From an uncultured candidate division Zixibacteria bacterium (GTDB taxonomy: Bacteria; Zixibacteria; MSB-5A5; GN15; FEB-12): a DNA stretch of 64,000 nucleotides. The notes below the pieces were generated by a model. It made no database searches and was not told the origin of the DNA. It saw nothing but the letters and a program-made list of their open reading frames with translations. Below, in pieces: positions 42,023 to 53,950 of this stretch; the stretch's first letter is position 1, and each line of letters opens with the position of its first letter. The position numbers and the translations under genes were made by a program. The stretch lies in contig CAVTJJ010000004.1 in the NCBI GenBank assembly GCA_963735035.1, forward strand, positions 1,024,001-1,088,000, written 5' to 3'.

Positions 42023-42757
42023 ATGAAGACTGACGTTGTTGCGGTGATTCCGGCCCGGCTCGGCTCTACGCGATTTCCAGGCAAGCTTTTGTACCGGCAT
42101 CGCGGGAAACCGCTGCTATTCTATGTCTGGCGGCAGGTTACCAAAGCGAAGTTGGTTGATCGGGTCGTGATCGCTACGGACAGCTTCGAAATCGCCTCTG
42201 CAGCAGAATCGTTTGGGGCCGAAGTTGTTAAGACGTCGAACCGTCCCAAAAGCGGCACTGACCGGGTTGCAGAAGCGGTAGCTTCTATAAGCGGCAATAT
42301 TATTGTCAATGTTCAAGGAGATTGCTTCGGTCTGAATCCCGCACTTCTGGATCGGGTCATACAGGCCATGAAGAAGGAATCTCGTATCAAGTATGCTACT
42401 TTGGCCCGCCCCGTTGCTTCCGACGAAGAACTGTTCAATCCCTCCGTTGTCAAGGTGGCGGTGGGACGGGACGGCCGTGCGCTCTGGTTTTCGCGGTTCC
42501 CGATCCCGTATTTGCAGCGGCCCGACGAAAAACCCCGGTGCAAGCAGTTTGATTTTCTCGCCCATATCGGGGTCTATTTCTTCCGCCGCGCGGGTCTGGA
42601 ATCTTTCGCGGGCTGGAAACAATCCCCGTTCGAGAAAGCCGAGTCTTTGGAACAACTTCGGATTCTTGACAACGGCGGAATAATTCAGGTCTTTACGACG
42701 CGCGCGGCTATTTTTTCCGTGGACACGCCCGCCGATTTGAATAAGATAGGCAAGTAA
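42023..42757 (+). CDS. kdsB: 3-deoxy-manno-octulosonate cytidylyltransferase
   Basis: IPARLGSTRFPGK, SGTDR, NVQGD, ESLEQLR, VDTPADL. Confidence 0.95.
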   Translation: MKTDVVAVIPARLGSTRFPGKLLYRHRGKPLLFYVWRQVTKAKLVDRVVIATDSFEIASAAESFGAEVVKTSNRPKSGTDRVAEAVASISGNIIVNVQGDCFGLNPALLDRVIQAMKKESRIKYATLARPVASDEELFNPSVVKVAVGRDGRALWFSRFPIPYLQRPDEKPRCKQFDFLAHIGVYFFRRAGLESFAGWKQSPFEKAESLEQLRILDNGGIIQVFTTRAAIFSVDTPADLNKIGK

Positions 42758-44458
<1,701 letters not shown>

Positions 44459-44508
44459 ACACCGCCAACCCCGCAACCTGGGGCATTGCAGGCCTTTTAT
44501 CATTCCGG

Positions 44509-44537
44509 TTGACAACGATCAACCTCAGGGCTATCGT
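44509..44537 (+). promoter_or_regulatory. Sigma70-like promoter of the polysaccharide cluster
   Basis: TTGACA-17nt-TATCGT. Confidence 0.6.
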
Positions 44538-44568
44538 GCCATCTACTAACGCAAGGTATTGGAATACA

Positions 44569-45912
44569 GTGAATTCGCAGATACGATTGATGCTGTTAGC
44601 CGCCTCCGCGGCAATTCTGTTCTTGGCCACCCCAGCCGTGACCGCCCAGATCAGACTTGATACCGGTTTTGTGACTACCGGAGCTCCTCCTTTTGACGAA
44701 CCGATCAATCCCGATCGATACTTGATAAGACCTGGGGAGCGTCTGGAAGTCACTTTCATCGACGTGAATCTTCCACCCCTGACTCTCACCGTCAATCCGG
44801 AAGGCCAGGTTGTTTATAGCGGGTTGGGTGTGATTGAGCTGTCCGGTTTGACCCTCAACGAGGCCAGAAAGCTGCTTATTGATGATCTGAAGAAGCTCTA
44901 CAACACGAAAGAAGTAGCGATTTCTGTGAGCTTGATCTATCCGGTTCAGGTGCAGGTTCTCGGCATGGTGAATCGTCCTGGCATCTACCGAGGATATACG
45001 TCGCAGCGCGTGAGAGACATAATCGACTCCGCCGCCGGGATAGCTCCCGGAGGATCATCGCGTAGGATTCTCTTCCGTGGCGGCCCCAACGACCTTCAGG
45101 CTGACATAGATTTAACCACCTACACTGAAAAAGCCGGGTTCAACCCGTATCTATATGGCGGTCGCAAAGTAATCGTCCCGGAACTGACCGATGTTCCGGT
45201 GACCGTGATTGGTGCGGTAGTTAACCCGCGCGATATCGAGCTGTTGCCCGGCGAAGGTCTGGCCGACCTGGTCACGCTTGCCGGCGGTCTCAAGAGTGGG
45301 GCCGATACAGCCTCTGCCGTGGCCGTCAACGAACCGTCCCGTGATATCCATCGGCCCGGCGGCATCAAACCGGGCGATCAAATTTCAGTTCCGTTCGCAG
45401 GCCGCAGCGCGGATGGGGGCGCGGTTGTGATTGTCGGCGCCGTAGCAAATTCTTCCCTTCGCGCTCCCATCGGCAGTGTTGTTACCGTGGCGGACGTGAT
45501 AGCCAAGGCCGGCGGCGTGACTCCTGAAGCAAATCGCGATCGTATTGCCGTCTTTCGGCTCATACAGCTTGAAGCGGCAACATCTGCTCCACCCCAACGT
45601 TTTCCGATCTGGATCACTCCCGGCTCGGAGACGACTTTTCATTTGAAAGCCTCCGATTCGGTTTTTGTGCCTGTCCGACTGGGGTTCGTCGAACTAAGCG
45701 GCTCAGTAGTGCGTCCAGGATTGTACCCGTACTCTGACGGTCTCAAGGTGGTCGACTGTATGACCATGGCCGGAGGACAGGTGGCTGGAATAGTGCGGGT
45801 ATCTTTTGAAATTACTGATCATGTTACGGGCGTCACCCGTTTGGTGACCGCATCGACTCCGGTAAGCGACGGCGACAAGGTGATGGTTAAATCGCTGGCG
45901 GAGGAACAATGA
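44569..45912 (+). CDS. Polysaccharide export protein with SLBB repeats (Wza/KpsD-like)
   Basis: YLIRPGERL, VNPEGQV, repeated V.G.V.RPG.Y...AGG SLBB motifs; exact start uncertain. Confidence 0.85.
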   Translation: MNSQIRLMLLAASAAILFLATPAVTAQIRLDTGFVTTGAPPFDEPINPDRYLIRPGERLEVTFIDVNLPPLTLTVNPEGQVVYSGLGVIELSGLTLNEARKLLIDDLKKLYNTKEVAISVSLIYPVQVQVLGMVNRPGIYRGYTSQRVRDIIDSAAGIAPGGSSRRILFRGGPNDLQADIDLTTYTEKAGFNPYLYGGRKVIVPELTDVPVTVIGAVVNPRDIELLPGEGLADLVTLAGGLKSGADTASAVAVNEPSRDIHRPGGIKPGDQISVPFAGRSADGGAVVIVGAVANSSLRAPIGSVVTVADVIAKAGGVTPEANRDRIAVFRLIQLEAATSAPPQRFPIWITPGSETTFHLKASDSVFVPVRLGFVELSGSVVRPGLYPYSDGLKVVDCMTMAGGQVAGIVRVSFEITDHVTGVTRLVTASTPVSDGDKVMVKSLAEEQ

Positions 45913-47114
45913 ACGGCGAATCCAAGACAAATGTGTGGGTGTTCCTGGAACTGCTCGCACGCCGTCGCGGCTTGATTCTTTCGCTCGTTCTTGTAGTTAC
46001 AATCGGCGCCGCTATCATCTCGTTCCTGCTGCCGCAATGGTTCCTGGCTACGGCACTTCTCTTGCCGCCACCGGATGAATCCACCCGCGGGGGGCTGAGC
46101 CAGCTCACTGAGATCGCCACCTATACAGGCGGTGTAAGACTCCCCGGTTTGGTCACTCCGAACGATGTCTACGCGCGGATGCTGCGCAGTCGACGCGTCG
46201 CTGACAAGATCGTCGAGAAGTTCAATTTGATGGAGCGTTACGAAGCTCCTAACGCCACCGCGCTCTATCTGGTGTTAGGCCAGCGAACGGTGGTAGGTGT
46301 AACCGAAGAAGGTCTGCTGAGCATTTCGGTGGAAGATCGCGATCCGAAGATGGCCGCCGACATGGTAACCGCCTATGTCAACGAGCTCATCCAATTGAAT
46401 CGTGAGTTGCTCTCATCGACCGCGCGACAGAAACGCGAATTTATCGAAGCCCGTCTGAATGAAATAAAGGGCCAGCTCGATTCCGCCCGGAAGGAACTTG
46501 AGAGCTTCCAACTCGAAAATCGGACGGTCAATCTGGATGAGCAGGCCAGCATGGCGCTCAATCAGGCGGTGCAGTTGAAAATTCAGCAGGCGAGCCTTGA
46601 ACTCGATATCAATATGAACCTCAAGGTGCTCGGCGAGCATCATCCGAGTCTGATTGAAAAGCGTCAGCGACTCAGTCTCATAAACCAACAGTTGGCCAAA
46701 TTGGAATGGGGTGGCGGGCGCGACAGCTCGTTTTTCTCGGTTCCGATTTCGGCCATTCCAGAACTTCGGGGACGTTATGAATCGCTCTTCGCCCGGGTGC
46801 AAGTGAATGAATCGCTCTACTCGACCTTGCTGGAACTGTACGAACAGGCGCGCATACAAGAACAGGAAAACAGCCCGACGATTGCGGTGCTCGATTGGCC
46901 GCGCGTACCGGATATCCGCTATCGGCCACAGCGGACGGTGATTGTTCTCGCCGCTTTCATTTGCTCGTTGATACTCGCCGTCTTTCTGGCGGCCTGGCTC
47001 GAGTTCGTGAAACGTATGAAAGAATCGCAGCCCCGCGACTACGACCGACTGACAATTTTCTACCGGGCGTTTTTCGGCTGGCTGCCGGGCGTCCGACGAG
47101 CCCCAAGGTTATAG
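45909..47114 (+). CDS. Wzz/GumC-like chain-length determinant (polysaccharide co-polymerase)
   Basis: N- and C-terminal TM helices, coiled-coil middle, [16 protein letters not shown] motif. Confidence 0.85.
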   Translation: MNGESKTNVWVFLELLARRRGLILSLVLVVTIGAAIISFLLPQWFLATALLLPPPDESTRGGLSQLTEIATYTGGVRLPGLVTPNDVYARMLRSRRVADKIVEKFNLMERYEAPNATALYLVLGQRTVVGVTEEGLLSISVEDRDPKMAADMVTAYVNELIQLNRELLSSTARQKREFIEARLNEIKGQLDSARKELESFQLENRTVNLDEQASMALNQAVQLKIQQASLELDINMNLKVLGEHHPSLIEKRQRLSLINQQLAKLEWGGGRDSSFFSVPISAIPELRGRYESLFARVQVNESLYSTLLELYEQARIQEQENSPTIAVLDWPRVPDIRYRPQRTVIVLAAFICSLILAVFLAAWLEFVKRMKESQPRDYDRLTIFYRAFFGWLPGVRRAPRL

Positions 47115-47161
47115 CGACAGCGATTATCGCTTCAGGTACTGACAGAACAGGGAAGACCGAC

Positions 47162-47920
47162 GTGACCAACTCTTCGATATCAAAAACGGCATTTCTGGGT
47201 GAGAACACCCACCTGGGCGAATTCTGCCGCATCGGCGATAATGTCGTCATCGGCCAGGGCTGCGAAATCGGACACAATGTCGTAATCCACGACGGCACCA
47301 CGATAGGTGATCAGGTTCGAATCGACGACGGCGCTGTGATCGGAAAGCAGCCGATGCGGGCCGCCAATTCGGCCGTCACCAAAGATCAACAATTGCAGCC
47401 CGCCCGGATCGGCCCCAATTGCATCATTGGCACTGGGGCAGTGATCTATCGCGGCTGCGATATCGGTCGTAAGGTTCTGGTGGCTGACCTGGCCACTATA
47501 CGAGAAAATGTCACGGTCGGCGACTTTACTATTGTGGGGCGCGGCGTGGCGATTGAAAACTACTGCCGCATCGGCCGGTACGTTAAACTCGAAACCAATT
47601 CCTATATCACGGCGTACTCGGAACTTGATGATCGCGTGTTCATTGCCCCCTGTGTGGCGACGTCCAACGACAATTACATCGGGCGCACCGAAGAACGATT
47701 CAAGCATTTCAAAGGCATCACAGTCAGGCGAGGCGGACGCATCGGGGTCAACGCTACTATCCTTCCCGGTATCGTCATCGGCGAGGATGCCCTGGTGGCA
47801 GCGGGTGCGTTGGTCACCAAAGACGTGCCGGCGCGCAAGATCGTTGCCGGGGTACCGGCCAAAGTGTTTCGTGATGTTCCGCCCGAACAGCTTCTGGAAA
47901 ATCAAAACTGGAAAGACTGA
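47162..47920 (+). CDS. Hexapeptide-repeat sugar N-acetyltransferase (WbpD-like)
   Basis: Left-handed beta-helix repeats; [21 protein letters not shown]. Confidence 0.85.
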   Translation: MTNSSISKTAFLGENTHLGEFCRIGDNVVIGQGCEIGHNVVIHDGTTIGDQVRIDDGAVIGKQPMRAANSAVTKDQQLQPARIGPNCIIGTGAVIYRGCDIGRKVLVADLATIRENVTVGDFTIVGRGVAIENYCRIGRYVKLETNSYITAYSELDDRVFIAPCVATSNDNYIGRTEERFKHFKGITVRRGGRIGVNATILPGIVIGEDALVAAGALVTKDVPARKIVAGVPAKVFRDVPPEQLLENQNWKD

Positions 47921-47931
47921 GGTTTCGTTCG

Positions 47932-49041
47932 ATGGGTATTCCTCTTCTTGATCTACATAGACAATACGAAAAGATCCGGCCCGAAATGGATCGGGCGGTT
48001 CTGGCTGTGCTCGAAAGCTGTCATTTCATACTCGGCCCTGAAGTCAAGCAACTGGAACAACGGATGATCGAATTGTGCCGGACGAAATACGCTATCGGCA
48101 CCGCGTCCGGCACCGATGCCCTTCTGCTGGCTCTTCGCGCTGTGGGTGTGAAGCCGGGCGACGAGGTCATCACAAGTGATTTTTCATTCTTTGCCTCGGC
48201 TGGAGTGATTTCCCGTCTGGGAGCCCGACCGGTTTTTGTCGACATCGAGCCCGACTCCTACAATATCGATCCGAAACTCATCGAGGCCGCTATCACACCG
48301 CGCACCCGGGCGATTGTTCCGGTGCACTTGTACGGTCAAATGGCCGACATGGATCCGATCATGGAGATCGCGCGTCGTAGAGGCATCAAAGTAATTGAAG
48401 ACGCTGCGCAGGCGATTGGCGCTGAGTACAAGGGACACAGGGCCGGTTCGATCGGTGACCTGGGCTGTTTCTCATATTATCCGTCGAAAAACCTCGGAGC
48501 GGGAGGGGACGCTGGTATGATCGTTACCAATGACGATCAGTCCGAGAAAGATTGTCGCTCTCTGCGTGTCCACGGCGAAAGCCCGAAATATTTCCATCAC
48601 ACCGTCGGCTACAACTCGCGCCTCGATACACTTCAGGCGGCCATGTTGCTCGTTAAGTTTCCCTATTTGCAGGAATGGTCGGAAAAGCGGATCGAGCACG
48701 CACGTATATATGATAAGAGTTTCGCGGGCGTGCCTAATCTGACGGTACCGGTGGTCAAACCGTACACGACCTTCCACATCTTCAATCAGTACACTCTGGC
48801 CTCGCCGAAACGGGACCATATCATTGACGGTCTCAACAAGGCCGGCATCGGCAATTGCATCTACTACCCGCTGCCGTTCCACAGCCAGAAGTGTTTCGCC
48901 AATCTCGACTATGCTCTGGATGAATTCCCGGTTTCGACTCGGGCCTCCCAGCAGGTGTTCTCCATACCGGTCTATCCCGAACTGACTCCTGCAGAACAGC
49001 AGGAAGTGATCGCCACTGTGAGTCGACTGGCATCCGAATGA
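47932..49041 (+). CDS. DegT/DnrJ/EryC1/StrS aminotransferase (WbpE-like)
   Basis: SGTDAL, VHLYGQ, EDAAQAIG, SYYPSKNLG, NSRLDTLQAA. Confidence 0.93.
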   Translation: MGIPLLDLHRQYEKIRPEMDRAVLAVLESCHFILGPEVKQLEQRMIELCRTKYAIGTASGTDALLLALRAVGVKPGDEVITSDFSFFASAGVISRLGARPVFVDIEPDSYNIDPKLIEAAITPRTRAIVPVHLYGQMADMDPIMEIARRRGIKVIEDAAQAIGAEYKGHRAGSIGDLGCFSYYPSKNLGAGGDAGMIVTNDDQSEKDCRSLRVHGESPKYFHHTVGYNSRLDTLQAAMLLVKFPYLQEWSEKRIEHARIYDKSFAGVPNLTVPVVKPYTTFHIFNQYTLASPKRDHIIDGLNKAGIGNCIYYPLPFHSQKCFANLDYALDEFPVSTRASQQVFSIPVYPELTPAEQQEVIATVSRLASE

Positions 49042-49086
49042 AGAAATCTCCTCCCGACCCTTCAACGAATTGCCCGGAGTAACGGC

Positions 49087-50136
49087 ATGCCGGGTCGGGT
49101 GGTCATCTTTGGCTGGTCAGTATCAATTCACGTTCGTCGTTGGGTCGCTGGTCTGACCGAGCGGGGTTGGAGTATCCGTCTGATTTCCCAGGGGGGAAGC
49201 CCGATACCGGGAGTCGAGACCTTCAATCTCGGAGAGTACGGGAAATTCTCATACCTAAGACATGCCGCCGAAGCCGCTCGGCTCGCCCGAGAATACAAGC
49301 CCGATCTAGTACACGTTCATTACGCCGGTGGCTTTGGCTGGTGGGGACTGAAGTGTGATTTCGCACCGAAGCTCGTATCGGCCTGGGGATCGGATGTCGT
49401 CGGATTGGAACGAAATCTGTTGCAGCGGTTTCTGGTCCGGCGAGTCCTTCGAAAGGCTGAAGCAATTTCTGTAACCAGCGAGTTTCTTCGACGGGCGTGC
49501 AACAATCTGAGCGATGACCTGGATAGCAAGATTACCGTTATTCCTTTCGGGGTGTCGATTCCAGAGACCGTGACCCCGCTGCCACCCCCGCCCCTGAAGA
49601 TTTGTTTCATCAAATTGCATCGCCCACAGTACGGACCGGATATTCTCCTGCAAGCCATGGCGAAGGTTCGGGGTCATATTCCCGATGTCCATCTGACGAT
49701 GGCGGGTGACGGAATCATGACTTCTCGACTAAAGCGGATGTGTGCGGAGTTGGGCCTGGAATCTAACGTCGATTTTGTTGGTTTCATTCCGAACGAGCGG
49801 ATATATTCGCTGTTGAGCGCACACCATGCGATGGTGATGCCGTCGCTGGCAGAGTCGTTCGGCGTAGCGGTGCTCGAGGCCGGCGCCTGTGGACGACCGG
49901 TCATCGCCAGCCGCGTCGGCGGAGTGCCCGAAGTGATGCGTGATGGTGAAACCGGGCTGCTGGTTCCGCCGGGCGATCCGAACGCACTGGCGGACGCGAT
50001 TATCAAGCTTGCCGGTGATCGGGCGCTCTGTGCGCGCCTGGGTGAAGCCGGACGCAACTTCGTGGCCGCCCACTACCTGTGGAAGAACTCGCTGGATCGG
50101 ATGCAGGCCCTGTACGAGAGTATGATTAATGGCTGA
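49087..50136 (+). CDS. Glycosyltransferase family 4
   Basis: PSLAESFGVAVLEAGACGRPVIASRVGGVPE. Confidence 0.92.
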   Translation: MPGRVVIFGWSVSIHVRRWVAGLTERGWSIRLISQGGSPIPGVETFNLGEYGKFSYLRHAAEAARLAREYKPDLVHVHYAGGFGWWGLKCDFAPKLVSAWGSDVVGLERNLLQRFLVRRVLRKAEAISVTSEFLRRACNNLSDDLDSKITVIPFGVSIPETVTPLPPPPLKICFIKLHRPQYGPDILLQAMAKVRGHIPDVHLTMAGDGIMTSRLKRMCAELGLESNVDFVGFIPNERIYSLLSAHHAMVMPSLAESFGVAVLEAGACGRPVIASRVGGVPEVMRDGETGLLVPPGDPNALADAIIKLAGDRALCARLGEAGRNFVAAHYLWKNSLDRMQALYESMING

Positions 50137-51286
50137 GAAACATATCCCTCTTTTTGATCTTCAACTGCCGGCCGCGTCTTTACGCGGCGTGCAGGATGTC
50201 CTGAAATCGGGCTGGCTCAATACCGGACCGAAGGTGGCCGAGTTCGAAAAAGCCATAGGGTCGCTGGTCAAAGAGAAATACGCTGTAGCAGTCAACTCGG
50301 CGACCGCCGGGCTGCAGGCGACTCTCGAGGCTCTTGGCGCCGGGCCGGGTCGCGAGGTCATTACCACATCATTCACTTTTGCCGCCACCGCAGCGTCGAT
50401 CATCCGCTCCGGGGCGATGCCGGTGCTGGCCGATATCGACCCCGCCACTTTGAATATTGATCCCGACGAAGTCGCGCGCAAAGTGACCCCACAGACTATG
50501 GCTATCCTGGCGGTCGATATCGCCGGGCATCCGGCCCAGTATCCGTCACTGTTGGCTATCAGCGCTAAACGACGCCTGCCGCTTATAGCCGATGCCGCCC
50601 ACTCACTGGGGGCGACATACGCCGGGAAATCTATCGCCCAGTTGACCGATGCCGCAATTTACTCGTTTCAGGCAACCAAGAATCTGACCACGGCCGACGG
50701 TGGCATGGTAGTCACACGCCATAAGCTTATTGCCGAGCGGGCCCGTCTGCTCACTCAGCACGCCATGACCTCGAACGCCTATCAGAGGCGCAAAGATAAT
50801 CGTTGGGAATACGATGTACTTGCGCCCGGTCTGAAAGCTAATCTAACCGATGTACATGCCGCGATTGGTCTAGGCCAGCTTGCCGGTTTCGAGGCGACTC
50901 AGAAACGCCGCCAGAAAGTCGCCGACCGGTATCTCCGTAACCTGGCCGACCTGTCCGACTATCTGGCGATTCCGGAAGTGCGGCCGGGGTGCCAGCATGC
51001 CTGGCATTTGTTCATTATTCGACTTCACCTGTCCCGTCTTAGAATCGGTCGGACCAAGCTAATGGCACTTATGTCCGAAGCTGGGATCGAATGCGGTGTC
51101 CATTATAAGCCGTTGTTCGAGATGAGTTTCTATCGTGAGCTCGGGTTCGAGGCGAAGCATTTCCCGAACGCCGTCTACGCCGGACGAAGGGTTGTCAGCC
51201 TGCCCATGTATCCTCACTTGAAACCGGCCCAGATCGACCGGGTTTGCGATGTCTTGCGCGATCTGGTCGTGCGGCACCGGCGGTAG
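50129..51286 (+). CDS. DegT/DnrJ/EryC1/StrS aminotransferase (ArnB/SpsC-like)
   Basis: NSATAGL, DAAHSLG, SFQATKNLTTADGG, GVHY, SLPMYP. Confidence 0.92.
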   Translation: MAEKHIPLFDLQLPAASLRGVQDVLKSGWLNTGPKVAEFEKAIGSLVKEKYAVAVNSATAGLQATLEALGAGPGREVITTSFTFAATAASIIRSGAMPVLADIDPATLNIDPDEVARKVTPQTMAILAVDIAGHPAQYPSLLAISAKRRLPLIADAAHSLGATYAGKSIAQLTDAAIYSFQATKNLTTADGGMVVTRHKLIAERARLLTQHAMTSNAYQRRKDNRWEYDVLAPGLKANLTDVHAAIGLGQLAGFEATQKRRQKVADRYLRNLADLSDYLAIPEVRPGCQHAWHLFIIRLHLSRLRIGRTKLMALMSEAGIECGVHYKPLFEMSFYRELGFEAKHFPNAVYAGRRVVSLPMYPHLKPAQIDRVCDVLRDLVVRHRR

Positions 51287-51341
51287 CGACCGGGATATTC
51301 TCAGACTTGTAAAATCGGGCGGGAGTGATTATTAATCCGGT

Positions 51342-52337
51342 ATGCCTGCCAACCTTCCGCCACAATATTACGAACTCGAGCGCGAGTTCAGCAAAGAGAA
51401 GGACCCCAAAGAGCGTCTTCGGATGGCCGAGGAACTTCTCCGCATCATGCCCAAACACAAGGGGACGTCGCATCTTCAGGCCGACATGAAGACCAAGATT
51501 GCGAAACTCAAGCAGATGGTCGAGGCTCCCAAAAAAGCGGGCGGTACGAGGCAGGCGACACTTGAGGATCACATCGAACGGGAAGGCGCAGGACAAGTTA
51601 TTCTTATAGGTCCGCCCAATACCGGCAAGTCATCACTGTTAGACGTACTTACGAACGCCCACCCACTTATCGGTGACTATCCTTTCACCACGCGCGAGCC
51701 CGAGGCCGGTATGATGGAATTTGAGACAGTCCAGATACAGCTTATCGACACCCCGCCGATTTCTGTGGATCACTACGAAAATTACCTCGGCAATCTAATC
51801 CGCAACGCCGATCTCGCAGTGCTAGTCTGCGACTTGACCGATGCGGGGATGCTGGACAATGTCAAGATTCTCATCGATGTTTTGGAGACGAAACATATCA
51901 TCCTCAAGCCGGATGTTACGGAGCTTCCCGAAGACCCCAAGTACAAGTACCAGAAGACCTTGATCTGCGCCCACAAGGGGGAAGAGGACAGTTCTGGGGA
52001 GCGCCTCACAATGCTCAAGGCCCGATTCCCTGGCTTTCCAGTGACGCCGACTTCGGTGCTGGACGATGCCAGCTTGCAGGAGTTCAAGCGGGCGGTGTTC
52101 AACGGCCTGGGCATTATGCGGGTCTACACCAAGCAGATCGGGAAAGAAGTTGATCGCCACGATCCGGTAGTGCTGAAGACCGGCGGCACGGTTGAAGACG
52201 CCGCTAATTCAATTCACAAGGATTTCGGGCAGAGACTCAAGTTTGCTAAGATTTGGGGCGAGGGGAAGTTCGATGGCCAGCGAGTCAAGTCCGACTATGT
52301 GCTAAGCGACGGGGATGTGGTGGAATTTCACATCTGA
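51342..52337 (+). CDS. DRG-like OBG-family GTPase with TGS domain
   Basis: MPANLPPQY, PKHKGT, GPPNTGKSS, YPFTT, IDTPP, IHKDF..FAKIWG..LSDGDVVEFH. Confidence 0.88.
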   Translation: MPANLPPQYYELEREFSKEKDPKERLRMAEELLRIMPKHKGTSHLQADMKTKIAKLKQMVEAPKKAGGTRQATLEDHIEREGAGQVILIGPPNTGKSSLLDVLTNAHPLIGDYPFTTREPEAGMMEFETVQIQLIDTPPISVDHYENYLGNLIRNADLAVLVCDLTDAGMLDNVKILIDVLETKHIILKPDVTELPEDPKYKYQKTLICAHKGEEDSSGERLTMLKARFPGFPVTPTSVLDDASLQEFKRAVFNGLGIMRVYTKQIGKEVDRHDPVVLKTGGTVEDAANSIHKDFGQRLKFAKIWGEGKFDGQRVKSDYVLSDGDVVEFHI

Positions 52338-52441
52338 CGTTACTATTCTCTTTGGTGGCTTTCGCGCTATAGCTTCGTCCCTTCTGGGACGCGTGCAATA
52401 AATGCTTGACATTGAAGCAGTTCCGGGAGAAATTCATTCCT

Positions 52442-53572
52442 ATGGAGCATCCGCCCCACTTCAATTTCAAAGATGTGCTTAGAGCTCCGGCTGTAGCTCT
52501 GTCGGCCAAGCAGATTCTGGTGATGAGTCTGGCGATCCTTGCGTCGCTGGTCGTCTATGACTTTGTGGCCTATATCGCGATGATGGCTCAGGGGGAACCG
52601 CTGTTTGATTCGATTGGCGCCTATGGCCTATTCCCGTTCGAGAGTCAGCCGATCGATACATTTCTGTCCGCCGCAATCTACTGGATCGGAGTAGGTCTGG
52701 CGGTGCTGACCTTGATGCTCGGTTTCTTCGCGGTTTCGGCCATCAACATCGAGGCAGTTCGGGGCAACCGGTTCCTTTCTCCCGGCCAGGCGATTCGATT
52801 CGCGTTACAACGTTTGCCGCAGATCTTCCTGGCCGAATTGTCAATCATCCTGTTTGTCGGGTTGATCGTACTGGTGTTTGCCCTGCTGGGCCTGGTCAGC
52901 CGCTTACCGTTGATCGGTGAGTGGTTGTATGTCCTGCTGTTTGCCGTCCCGAATTTCATCATCGCCCTCTTTGCGATCTTCGTAATCTTCGTGCTGACTC
53001 TGTCGGTGTTGTTGATGCCGGCCGTGGCCGCCGCGGAACGTCGCGGCGAGACCTTTACTGCTATCCTGGAAACGTTCTCGACCATCATCCTGCAGCCCTT
53101 TCGCTGGTTCGGATATACGCTCTACTCGCTGAGCGCGGCCAAGATATGCGGATTCATCTTCGCCTACTTTGCCTATCGAGGGGTCGAATTCCTCGTTTGG
53201 TCGGCTTCGCTGGGCGGAGGCGGACGCATCGTCAATATGGCCCGTTCCAGCCTGACCCATCTTCCGGTCAGGTCGGAGTTCGTCCACGAGATCCTAAACA
53301 TCTTCCCCTGGATTCCATTCGGGTTCGATCTTCGCACTCAGGTCGGCTATCCTTCCGGGAGTGTGATCTCCTATGTGATGGCTTTCATGTTGTTCCTGAT
53401 CTTTGTTGCGGTCCTCGGGTACATTTTCTCGGTAGTAGCGGCCGGACAGGCGCGGGGGTATGTCGCCCTCAAGTTCATCAAGGACAAGTATTCGATCGCG
53501 GCCGAAGAGTCGCTCTTCTTTAAGGATGAGCCGATCAACGACCCGGTCGATCAGAGTCCCGAAAATCAATAA
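52442..53572 (+). CDS. Multi-pass membrane hypothetical protein
   Basis: Several hydrophobic helices; start uncertain (52406 or 52442). Confidence 0.7.
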   Translation: MEHPPHFNFKDVLRAPAVALSAKQILVMSLAILASLVVYDFVAYIAMMAQGEPLFDSIGAYGLFPFESQPIDTFLSAAIYWIGVGLAVLTLMLGFFAVSAINIEAVRGNRFLSPGQAIRFALQRLPQIFLAELSIILFVGLIVLVFALLGLVSRLPLIGEWLYVLLFAVPNFIIALFAIFVIFVLTLSVLLMPAVAAAERRGETFTAILETFSTIILQPFRWFGYTLYSLSAAKICGFIFAYFAYRGVEFLVWSASLGGGGRIVNMARSSLTHLPVRSEFVHEILNIFPWIPFGFDLRTQVGYPSGSVISYVMAFMLFLIFVAVLGYIFSVVAAGQARGYVALKFIKDKYSIAAEESLFFKDEPINDPVDQSPENQ

Positions 53573-53741
53573 ATCGAATTGCCGGCAGTCTCATCGTTAT
53601 CGACTGACTCGACCCACTTTTACACGTTTGACATTTCTGTTATCTTAATGAAATTTGGTAAGTTACGCATGTGGTACAAGACCGGCCTGAGCAGCCGTGT
53701 AATCAACTGAAAAAAACTTCCAACCTAAGACCAGTTAGAGC

Positions 53742-53770
53742 TTGACTTTAGCGGCCTTCTTGTCTAATAT
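53742..53770 (+). promoter_or_regulatory. Sigma70-like promoter of the giant surface protein
   Basis: TTGACT-17nt-TAATAT in an AT-rich intergenic region. Confidence 0.6.
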
Positions 53771-53950
53771 AGAACATCTGACAATTGGTCTAACGCACGT
53801 TTTACGCGAATAAATACACATGAAGCCGTTCTTGGCTAGTTTTATAAGTTGGACAGGAAAATCGGGACCGCCCTAGACGTATGTCTTTGGTTGCCCGTTT
53901 TCTATGGACGAGAAAACAGGTAACGCACAAGAGAGTAACACGGAGTGCAC

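Noticed and set aside
53573..53950. Riboswitch or ncRNA upstream of the giant gene
   Set aside because: AT-rich with a promoter-like motif, but I could not recognise any conserved RNA structure; an Rfam search would be needed.
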